Shown here: positions 17,125 through 26,500 of the stretch, piece by piece
Position numbering within the stretch: position 1 is the stretch's first letter
Layout: each line of letters begins with the position of its first letter
Notes under the pieces: model-generated
Database searches by the model: none
What the model saw: only the letters and a program-made list of their open reading frames with translations
What the model was told of the DNA's origin: nothing
Source of the DNA: Promethearchaeota archaeon
GTDB taxonomy: Archaea; Asgardarchaeota; Lokiarchaeia; Sigyniarchaeales; SOKP01
NCBI GenBank assembly: GCA_048939995.1
Contig: JBHLOY010000013.1
Location: 13,333-77,332, forward strand
DNA length: 64,000 nucleotides
Direction of reading: 5' to 3'
Translations under genes and position numbers: made by a program

Positions 17125-19839
17125 TTATTTTGACTTTGATGGCCTAGTTTTCCAAACTTTAATCGATTCAAAAATAAACACGGCAGTTCCAAAAATCAAG
17201 AAAACTAATAGAAGTATACTGCCTGGATTGGTAATGAAGTTATCGCCATATATACTAGCAAAAATTAGGTACCCTATAAAGCCTAACACATTGATAACTA
17301 AGTATAATGAAAATCGAGGTATCATTAGAAAACCAATATGAGTGTAAAACCCTAAAATTCCTTTTTTTAATTCTTTATTCACGTAATATTTTCCGTCTTT
17401 ATCGCTTTTTGATATAATTCCAGTTTTTAATAACTTATCTATTTGATAAGATACGGTTCCTGGCGATGAAAACTTTAATGATTTCTGGATTTCTCGTACT
17501 CCGGCACGACTATGAGTCAAAATATACCAATAAACTCGAAGCGTTTTACCTTGTAATACTTTTTCTGGGCTAACATTAAGAGGCTTAGTTTTAACTTTAG
17601 TTAATATCTTTATATGAACGAGTCTCTCTTTAACTTTGGACCTTGGTAGTGTCTTTCTCTTTCCCTTGGTTAGTTTTTTCCGTTGGACGTACCATTCAAT
17701 AGATAGAATACCAACAAAAATGAGGGAAACACTTATTAAAATGCCAAATTGTAAAATTAAATAATAACCTGGAATTAATGGACCTTCAGTATCGATAGAT
17801 TCAGGTTTTTCATAATAGTCAGTAATTGTATTGTTAATAAATATGTTCCCAATTACATTGTTATAACACGAAAGTTCAAGATATATCCCAATCTCGTTGT
17901 TACTTACTATATTTCCTAAAACTAAATTGGATTTACTCACATTTAAACCAATACCTATCCAAAAATTATTATCTACGGTATTCAAATATATAGTATTATT
18001 ATTGCTATCTTGTAAAGCTATACCAGCAAGAACATTATAGTTTGCAATGTTTCTAGTAATATTGTTATTTTTGCTGTTAATTAAGCCTATTCCAACAATA
18101 TCATTGTTATTTACGATGTTTCCCGATATTATATTATTATTGCTGTCTTGTAAGACTGCTCCAGCCAGACCATTACAGTTTGCATAATTCTCAGAAATCA
18201 GATTTCCACTACTATTTTCAACGAGTATTATACCAACTAGATTATTATCTACGATATTTTTTGTAATGTTATTATAATGACTATTTAATACAAATATCCC
18301 ATTACTGTTGTTGTTGATAATGTTTCCCATTATAATGTTATTAATATGATTATAAAAGCCTATTTGAATCCCATTAGTATTATTATTTACAGTGTTACCA
18401 GAAATAATGCAATTATCTCCGCGCAGGAGTATCCCATTCTCACTATTATTTACCATATTTCCCGAAACAATATTATTATCGCCTAGGATTCGAATACCTT
18501 CTCCATAAAAGTTATGAACACCATTTGAGGAAACTTTGTTTTTCAGGATGTTATTCTTATTCCCTTTAATTTCGATGCCATTATATTCGTTATATTTTAC
18601 CGTATTTTCTGTGATAATAGTTTCATTTCCATCAAATATACTTATTCCAACCCCATCATTATTAAAGGTATTTCCAGAGAGCATGATGTTATCGCAATAA
18701 AATAATTTTATCCCATTGTTAAAATTGTAATTTGCGGTGCTTCCTGAAATACTATTGTTATTACTCTCAATTAAGCTTATTCCGTTATAACCATTACTTG
18801 CGTTAATTCCTAAAATAGTGTTGTTATTAGAGAAATATAATGCAACTCCCGTATTGGCATAGGAAACATCCAAATTTGAGATATTTGAATTATTACAATT
18901 AACTAAAATAACTTGACCAGCATTAGTAAAATTGTTTGAACTTAGACTTTTTTCATTCTTATAATAGTATAAAGGTTTGCCATTAACTAAATTTGAATTG
19001 TCTATATCGTGGGAATCTAATTCGTCAATTGATCCTCTTACCTCTAACCCATTATTATTTAAGATATTTTTGGACACTGTATAATTTACACCTTCTCTGG
19101 CAATAATTCCGCCCCAGCGATTATTTATGACAAAATTTCCTGAAATTGTTGTACTTTCGCTCTGTTCTAATAAAATTCCATTAAGATTATTACTTAGAAA
19201 GTTTCCAGTAAGATTATTGTTCCCACCACCATTTAATGATATTCCATAACCGTTATCAGTTAATGAGTTCCCCTCAATATTGTTTCTATTACTATTAAAC
19301 ATGATATTTATCCCTATCTCGTTTTTATTTACGTCGTTTCCTAAGATACTGCTATCATTACAATTTTCCAAGAATATCCCATTATAATTAAGTGAAAGAT
19401 TGTTATTAATTAATTGAGCATTACTAACATTTGACAATACAATTGCCCCTCCCCAACCATATTCATAACGATCAACAGCTAATGAGTTATAAATGGTACA
19501 ATTTTCAATTTTAAAAAAAAATCTTGAATTCTCAATCAAGATACCGTAGACCATTCCGTCGACCTCAATTATAAGATCTTCTATAATATAAGGATCGGTA
19601 AAATTCCCATAACCTGTGACTATTTTCGCAATCTTCGTTTCAGACCAATTATTATTGATGTGAATAATTCTTGATACTTTTGAGATTTTCAAAGTTTTGC
19701 CATCTAAGTCAATATCATCAAGATTTTCTAAATTTTTCTTGTTATCTCCGTAATTATTTATAAGGTGGATTTTTGTTGAAAATACAAAAATAAATCCAAA
19801 TATGGCTATTAAATTTATTATTTTTATGATTCTTTTCAT
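17125..19839 (-). CDS. NosD-type beta-helix ectodomain - TM - wHTH - 2 TM fusion (candidate transmembrane one-component regulator)
   Basis: Signal peptide, many NNxxGIxL repeats, NLVNGKPLYY, IPGY-TM-basic segment, then ~145 aa about two-thirds identical to 14196-14756. Confidence 0.85.
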   Translation of the reverse strand: MKRIIKIINLIAIFGFIFVFSTKIHLINNYGDNKKNLENLDDIDLDGKTLKISKVSRIIHINNNWSETKIAKIVTGYGNFTDPYIIEDLIIEVDGMVYGILIENSRFFFKIENCTIYNSLAVDRYEYGWGGAIVLSNVSNAQLINNNLSLNYNGIFLENCNDSSILGNDVNKNEIGINIMFNSNRNNIEGNSLTDNGYGISLNGGGNNNLTGNFLSNNLNGILLEQSESTTISGNFVINNRWGGIIAREGVNYTVSKNILNNNGLEVRGSIDELDSHDIDNSNLVNGKPLYYYKNEKSLSSNNFTNAGQVILVNCNNSNISNLDVSYANTGVALYFSNNNTILGINASNGYNGISLIESNNNSISGSTANYNFNNGIKLFYCDNIMLSGNTFNNDGVGISIFDGNETIITENTVKYNEYNGIEIKGNKNNILKNKVSSNGVHNFYGEGIRILGDNNIVSGNMVNNSENGILLRGDNCIISGNTVNNNTNGIQIGFYNHINNIIMGNIINNNSNGIFVLNSHYNNITKNIVDNNLVGIILVENSSGNLISENYANCNGLAGAVLQDSNNNIISGNIVNNNDIVGIGLINSKNNNITRNIANYNVLAGIALQDSNNNTIYLNTVDNNFWIGIGLNVSKSNLVLGNIVSNNEIGIYLELSCYNNVIGNIFINNTITDYYEKPESIDTEGPLIPGYYLILQFGILISVSLIFVGILSIEWYVQRKKLTKGKRKTLPRSKVKERLVHIKILTKVKTKPLNVSPEKVLQGKTLRVYWYILTHSRAGVREIQKSLKFSSPGTVSYQIDKLLKTGIISKSDKDGKYYVNKELKKGILGFYTHIGFLMIPRFSLYLVINVLGFIGYLIFASIYGDNFITNPGSILLLVFLIFGTAVFIFESIKVWKTRPSKSK

Positions 19840-20099
19840 TTTACTTTCTCTAAATATTATCCATGTAGGGTAATTGTTAAGTTAAGTAAAGTGGTACTGC
19901 TATATTCTAAATAATTCGGTACTTTTCTATTTTATAAAGTTTTACTAAGTTTTTAGTATAATAAATGTTGTTATTATAAAACTGTAATTGGTTTCAGTTT
20001 GAATCTAATTCATATTATTAAGTTGAGAATTTAAGCTAATTCCTTTGATATAAAAAAAAATGTAAATAATATTTATTTTTCATTATGTGCAAGTATCGT

Positions 20100-20816
20100 T
20101 TACGTATTTGATTTTTTTAACTTTTTACCGATTAGGAATATCACAATCGAAAGTGTCCCAACTAGAATTAATATACTATATCCTGGAATTCCTGATATTA
20201 GTGGTCCAGTTAGGGCATTAGTACTAACAAAAATTGCTTTCTTCCAAAATCCGCTATATTGAAATGTACCATTTAAGAAAATTCCTGTGCTTTTTTCATA
20301 CCAAACTGCGCTTCCATTAGAATCCTCTAATTTCCATACTTCTATTTGGCCATAACCAGGCATAGTCCAATTTAATTCGGCAGTAACATTAAAATTTTGG
20401 TCTCCGCCTGAATAAATAAATATTTGAACAATATCATTAAGTGAAATATTAGTTAAAATCCTAGTCCATGTATGAGACCCAGCAACGGGACTCGGCAGGT
20501 CTGTATTTGATACAATTCTTGAGCTTAATTCCTCATCCCAAGAACCTTGTTCTGCTGGGGTTCCTAAAGTTCCCTCTCCTAAGAACCATATAACATGATA
20601 AACATCATCTGAAACTCTGCTGAATTCGATGTTAGCTTCTTGTGTTTCAAATATGTGAAAAGAATCAGAGTGGATATAATTAACGTACATCCCATCAAAA
20701 ACTCCTGTTGTACTAGAATAACCCAATGCTATAAAATGAGAAAAGAATACAAATGAAATTATCGACACAAGAATATACTTCATGATTTTCTGCCTATATT
20801 TGCCTTTTTCTTTCAT
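20100..20816 (-). CDS. Secreted protein with IPGY-TM-basic (Loki-CTERM/PGF-CTERM-like) anchor
   Basis: Signal peptide; WYEKSTGIFLNG; ends GIPGYSILILVGTLSIVIFLIGKKLKK. Confidence 0.8.
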   Translation of the reverse strand: MKEKGKYRQKIMKYILVSIISFVFFSHFIALGYSSTTGVFDGMYVNYIHSDSFHIFETQEANIEFSRVSDDVYHVIWFLGEGTLGTPAEQGSWDEELSSRIVSNTDLPSPVAGSHTWTRILTNISLNDIVQIFIYSGGDQNFNVTAELNWTMPGYGQIEVWKLEDSNGSAVWYEKSTGIFLNGTFQYSGFWKKAIFVSTNALTGPLISGIPGYSILILVGTLSIVIFLIGKKLKKSNT

Positions 20817-20900
20817 ATTTTTTACCTACTTTACTCAATTTAGTGGTTTTTTTATAAATTTCTTAAATATTTGTTTTGATTTCTATTTCTTAAATCTATT

Positions 20901-20930
20901 TTTTGAACGCCCCGTTCAAAATTCTGTACA
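20901..20930. promoter_or_regulatory. Second copy of the palindromic operator
   Basis: TTTTGAACG-CCC-CGTTCAAAA then N3-TGTACA; same geometry as 16951-16980. Confidence 0.7.
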
Positions 20931-21084
20931 TTCGCATAACATAGTTTTAAGTTTCAAATTGAAACTTATTACTGTTTCAAAGTATAGTCTTGAAAGTTAT
21001 CCCAATTTAATAAAAAGGTATTAACTTAAAAAAAAGAAAAACTACAATGTAATTATTTTATTCTTTATATTTCTTTACTCTTAT

Positions 21085-21242
21085 GAGTAAATGCATATTT
21101 AGGAATTCCTAACGGGGATCACTATCTTCCTATGATTTATATTCTGGCGCTTCAAGATGAGAAAGACGCGATAAAATTTATGTATGAAGGCTTTCAACAT
21201 GGTTCTATTTCAATGAGATGCTTCCAAATTATCATTGAATAA
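21085..21242 (+). pseudogene. ygiD 3' fragment (right copy of the direct repeat)
   Basis: VNAYLGIPNGDHYLPMIYILALQDEKDAIKFMYEGFQHGSISMRCFQIIIE*; 41/51 aa identical to the YgiD C-terminus by hand count; no start. Confidence 0.9.
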
Positions 21243-21274
21243 CATTGTAAGGATTGCGTGAGAATAAAAAAAAA

Positions 21275-21721
21275 TTATTTAATTAATTTAAATCCAAATT
21301 CTTTGCATTTTGGAAGATCTTCTTCAGATATTGGTCCTTTCATACCATCAACTTTGATAGACAATCCTGGACTTGCTTTTATTAAATCGGGGATCTTTTT
21401 ACTGATCTGATTCTCCATCTTTTTGACTGCTTTCTCAAAATCCTTCGATAAGTACGTATCAAATACTGCAAATGAATTTACTTTTACTTGAGCTTTTGAA
21501 AGATTATTGATGAATTTCTTTACTGAACTTATATGACTTCCCATATGGTTTGGAGATCCAATTAAAATTAGATCATAGGCATCAGTTTTATTTAATTCAA
21601 TGTCTTTAACATTTCTGACAATCACTTCGTTACCTTCAATAGAATTAATTCCATCTGCAATTAATTGGCCTACTTTTTCAGTATTTCCATATTTTGTATC
21701 ATAAGCTATTAGAACTTTCAT
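21275..21721 (-). CDS. Flavodoxin family protein
   Basis: IAYDTKYGNTEKV, LILIGSPNH, FAVFDT. Confidence 0.9.
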   Translation of the reverse strand: MKVLIAYDTKYGNTEKVGQLIADGINSIEGNEVIVRNVKDIELNKTDAYDLILIGSPNHMGSHISSVKKFINNLSKAQVKVNSFAVFDTYLSKDFEKAVKKMENQISKKIPDLIKASPGLSIKVDGMKGPISEEDLPKCKEFGFKLIK

Positions 21722-22010
21722 TTTAAAACACTGCTTTTAATACTTATACTTATTGTAATTTAATTTATATAATTAACCCTTGCAATAGAACTTTTTCAGT
21801 AATTCTTTTTAACTATTTAATTGAGCTTTGCTCATGGATTTTCAATGAGAGTGAGTATTAATGAAAGAGACTAATGAACCTAAAAAATTGAAACAATAAA
21901 AGATTTACTCAAATTTATATAATCATTTGGTTATAATAATATCAAACAACCAATTAATCCGTAATTATAATTTTTCTGATCTACAATCATTTTCTTTTGA
22001 TTTATACATC

Positions 22011-23558
22011 ATGTCAATAAATAGAAATAAATTATTAATGGAATTATTCGCGAATTTCATACAGGCAAATAAGGAAGTTGAAGCTATTATAGTTTCCGAT
22101 AAAGATGGATTAATAATTTCCGGAGAACGAAGAAAAGATGTGGATATAGAGTTAGTTTCGATAATGACTGCGGTGGTTAACCCTGTTATTGAGCGATTTC
22201 GTGATGAATTTTCCTATAAGAAATTTGGGACCGCAAGTTTTGATACTGAAAATAATCGTCTTTTGTTCATCACTATAACAGAAAATGTAACATTAACTTT
22301 AGTTATTGAAAATCTTGGCTCGATTGAGAAAATAGCCCCCTATGCGTATTTTCTTGCTGAAAAAGTGGCACAGATTATAGTTGCAACTAATGAAGATCTA
22401 ATTGAGGTATCAATTCCTAATTTTGATTATAAAACTGAAGGATATTATGGAAGTGATGCTCAACTTTTTCAAATTGGTTTAGAACCAGGTGGAGAATATA
22501 GATTTAAATTTATAGTTATAGGTGACCATGAAGTTGGTAAGACTTCAATTCTACGTAGATTTGTAGAAGGGAGATTCTTAGTAGATTATCGTACTACTAT
22601 TGGATTGAACGTTTTGACTCATAATTTCGAATTTTTTGGCAACAAAATTAACGTATTTCTCTGGGATATAGGAGCTCAACAATATTTTAAAAGATACCGT
22701 AAAGTTTATTACAAAGGTGCACAAGCTGCTTTTATCATTTTTGATTTAACAAACAAGGATTCTTTTTATAACGTAATGAATTGGTTTAATGAATTGAATG
22801 AGTTTAAGGAACATGAAATCTCAATAGTAGTCGTTGGAAATAAAAAAGATTTAGAACAGCAAAGAGAAGTTGATTATGAAGAGGCAACTACTTTAGCTGA
22901 AATGTTATCTGAAAAATATAACAAGAAAATTTCTTATATTGAAACCAGTGCTTTAACAGGAGAGAATATTGAAGAAGCATTTGGAATTGTATCCTATCAT
23001 TTTATAATGCTAAGCAAAGAATTTGAGGAAAAAAATTTAAGAGAAAAGATTTTTACTGAAATTAATTCGGTATTAGATACACGAAATTCACTTTCAATTG
23101 CATTTATATCAAAAAATTTCCAAAAGAATCCTATTATAATGCTTTTAAAAGAGATAGAACCTTTAGGATTGTCTTTAAAAATGGAAAAAAAAGATAAAGT
23201 GATCTATCAATTTGCAAATGGATTAACCTTGGAAAGTTACAATTTCGATTCAATGAAAGTTTCTGATTCTGATGGAGCTTTTGTAATTTTTGATGGGAAG
23301 GATAGAGATTCCATTGACCCGAAATGGAATAGTATTATATTACAAATTTTAAAAACAATCAAGGATAACACTGTGATTTTAATCGGTATAATTACTAAAA
23401 AAGATGTAAATTGGTCAAAAATGATGAGTGAGTTTAACTTTTATACAAAGTTAGAAGCAAAGCAAATCTCGTATTTTGTATTTAAAATTGACTCCGATTC
23501 TAAAATAGAATTATATGAACACATAAATACTATGTTCAATACTATTAGGAATCTTTAA
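22011..23558 (+). CDS. Roadblock - Rab-like GTPase - degenerate G-like domain fusion
   Basis: AIIVSDKDGLII (roadblock); GDHEVGKTS, TTIG, WDIGAQ, NKKD, ETSA; ATG 22011 preferred to TTG 21927. Confidence 0.88.
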   Translation: MSINRNKLLMELFANFIQANKEVEAIIVSDKDGLIISGERRKDVDIELVSIMTAVVNPVIERFRDEFSYKKFGTASFDTENNRLLFITITENVTLTLVIENLGSIEKIAPYAYFLAEKVAQIIVATNEDLIEVSIPNFDYKTEGYYGSDAQLFQIGLEPGGEYRFKFIVIGDHEVGKTSILRRFVEGRFLVDYRTTIGLNVLTHNFEFFGNKINVFLWDIGAQQYFKRYRKVYYKGAQAAFIIFDLTNKDSFYNVMNWFNELNEFKEHEISIVVVGNKKDLEQQREVDYEEATTLAEMLSEKYNKKISYIETSALTGENIEEAFGIVSYHFIMLSKEFEEKNLREKIFTEINSVLDTRNSLSIAFISKNFQKNPIIMLLKEIEPLGLSLKMEKKDKVIYQFANGLTLESYNFDSMKVSDSDGAFVIFDGKDRDSIDPKWNSIILQILKTIKDNTVILIGIITKKDVNWSKMMSEFNFYTKLEAKQISYFVFKIDSDSKIELYEHINTMFNTIRNL

Positions 23559-23592
23559 ATAAAGAAAAATAGATACTATGATAAGTTTAAAC

Positions 23593-26500
23593 TTATCTAG
23601 AGAAATATTCCTTTAACTCATGCTTAACTGAACCTTTTCCTTTGAGATCATAGAGTAATTCATCAGTACTATGAATAATTACCTCACTTAATTCGTGAGT
23701 CTCACGTAAGATATCAAATTGTCCTTTATAATACAGATCGATAATCTCATTAAATGCCTCCTCATATACTCCTTTCAATCCTATTGATTGAATAAATGCC
23801 TTATAATGATTGATTCTAACATTTTTCATAGGACCTTGAAATGAAAAAGACTCATTATTTTCTAGCAATTTAATAACAACAATGATTAAGAGCGTGTTTG
23901 CATTCTGAAAATCTTTACTTGATTTGATAATATCTTCATTAGATGTATCCTCAGTGTAAATTATTTGAATCGATCTAATTCTGTCCCTAATTGATGGATC
24001 TATATTTAGGAACGAAACTTGATCATCAAAAAGAATTAATCCATGGATTTTATTTTGAATATCATCATAGATTTGAGGATTGGAATAATATTTAATACCA
24101 ATTTCATCAAAATACTTCGTCAATAAATCGTTAATGCAGGAATAAACAAGTTCTACTTCTCCCATAACTAGTGGTGTTCCTGTTATTTCTAATTTTCGGT
24201 CTTGTTCATGTTTAGATTCTTGATTGTCAACATACATTTTAAGATTTTCAGAGACTATCTTACTTTCATTATATAGTTCAAGTGATTTTGAATAATCTCC
24301 AGATATTGCAGCTTTTTTGGATTCAATCTCATATTGATCCTTCAAATAGTTAAGACCTTTAATTGCGATATCGATTTGTTTTTGACGGTAAAAATCTGCA
24401 TTTTGAGAGTTTCCAAGAATCTCTTCAATAATAATAATTTCACCTGCAAATCCTGCTGCTTTGACATAATCTTTCTCTTCTGTTAATTTGTTAACATAAG
24501 CAATTACTTTCTCTCTTCTGGCAAGTAGATCTGCTTCAGTCTTATCTTTGAGCGTTTCATAATCTAATAAACTTAATTCTTCATAAATTTTCAACTTTGC
24601 CTTAGTTACTGGCTGCTTTTCTGATATTTGAATACCTATTTCCTTCTTCTTACTCTTTGATTTTTTTAGCACTACAATTCCTACTACCCCACCTATAGCT
24701 GCTCCTATTACAACAAATATTATCCATAATGGAAATTCAGATGGTTGAGAAGTGGATGTTATAGAAAAGCTATCTGTTGCGGCAGGACTCTGATGACCTG
24801 CACCATCAATTTGATATAAAAAGTAATAATAAATTCCTGGTTGAAGAGATTCCATATACTCATAATAATTACCCGTTAAGTTTATTGCAAACACGAATCC
24901 AGGGGTAGCTAAAGGATTTGCTTCATTATCTATAATTAATCTATACTTAATTATCCCAGAAGGATCGGAACCATCTTGCCATTCAAATATTAAAGTACCA
25001 CTTACAGCTCCTTGGGGAGCCTGTATTAACGACGGTGCTGGAGGAGCAATTGTATCTTTATATAAAACTATTAGCACAGGGTCGCTCAAATGATTAAGAG
25101 TATCATTTGCATAGATATAAACATAAAATCTTCCTTCTGGTAAACTATTCCAAATTAAATTATTGAATGGTTGGTTAATATTATTTCCCAACAAGATGTT
25201 AGTTGTGTTTACTTGATACCAAATTAGATCTAGATTAGCATCTGTAGCTAAAACATTGATAATAGGTGCTGCTCTGCAGTAAGTGTTATTCAACGGGAAA
25301 TTTAATGCAATTGAAGGTGCTATTGTATCTTTTATTATCGTTATCTCATCAAATCCAATAACTCCTAAAGTATTATTTATATAAAAACTAATCGTAATAG
25401 TACCATCTGATTTAGCGTCCCATGCTAATTGATTTATAGTCCCAGTTAGCCCTGTAAATGTATAATTTACTATTCCATTATCTAAAGTATACCAACTTGT
25501 ATCTAGATTGCTTCCACTTATATTAACAGCATAATTCGGCGCTGTATTACCATACACACCGTCTGAAATAGGAGTATTAATCATTATCATGGGAAAGAAG
25601 ATATCTTTATAAACAATAACTTCTGCTGTTCCTAAATTGCCTACTGTATCATTAGCATAAAATTTGATCATTATTGTTCCATTACCAACTTGCTCCCAAA
25701 CACTCTGAGCGATTGCTCCTGTCCATGTGTAATTATTAGTAACAATAGTTCCATTGTCCAATTGATACCATTCATTATCTAAATTAGCGTCATTAATATT
25801 AATAGTAATGCTTGGAGGTGAAATCCCAAACAAGTCATAATTATTTGGTTCTGTAATAATTATAGTAGGAGTAATTGAATCTCTATTGATTACCACACTC
25901 GCAGCATCCCAGTTACCAGCAGAATCATTTACATAAAATAGTATCGTAATAGAACCTTGACCTGCAGTATTCCATGCCGTAGAATCGATCGTTCCGCTCA
26001 ATGCTCCTGTGAAGTTATTTAGACCTCCATCAAGTGTGTACCAAATCCTATCTCTATTCGATTCAGTGATAGAAAGAGTATAACTTGGAGGAAGGCTACT
26101 GAACCATGCTCCAGGTAATGGTGAATCGATACTATCTATTGAAGGATTAACGGTATCTCTATAAATTGCTACGCTCGCAGTATCCCAGTTACCCGCAGAA
26201 TCATTTACATAAAATATAATTGTAATGGAACCTTGGCCTGCATTATTCCATGCTAAAGAGTTGATTGTTCCGCTTAATGCTCCGGTATAGTTATTTAAGC
26301 CTCCATCAAGCGTATACCAAATCCTATCTCTATTCGATTCAGTGATAGAAAGACTATAACTTGGAGGGAGGCTACTGAACCATGCTCCAGATAATGGTGA
26401 ATTGATACTATCTATTGAAGGATTAATGGTATCTCTATAAATTGCTACGCTTGCAGTATCCCAGTTACCCGCAGAATCATTTACATAAAATATAATTGTA

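Noticed and set aside
16938-17192. 84-aa ORF between the SBP and NosD-wHTH genes
   Set aside because: Overlaps the upstream gene end and the operator/promoter; no recognisable content
19998-20014. TTTGAATCTAATTCATA upstream of the NosD-wHTH gene as a further operator copy
   Set aside because: Half-site spacing is 2 bp shorter and the GAAC/GTTC core is missing
20782-21024. 80-aa + strand ORF
   Set aside because: Phe-rich translation of a T-rich promoter region containing the operator
14160-21084. Calling the cassette an active mobile element
   Set aside because: No integrase, transposase or replication gene, and the flanking repeats have diverged
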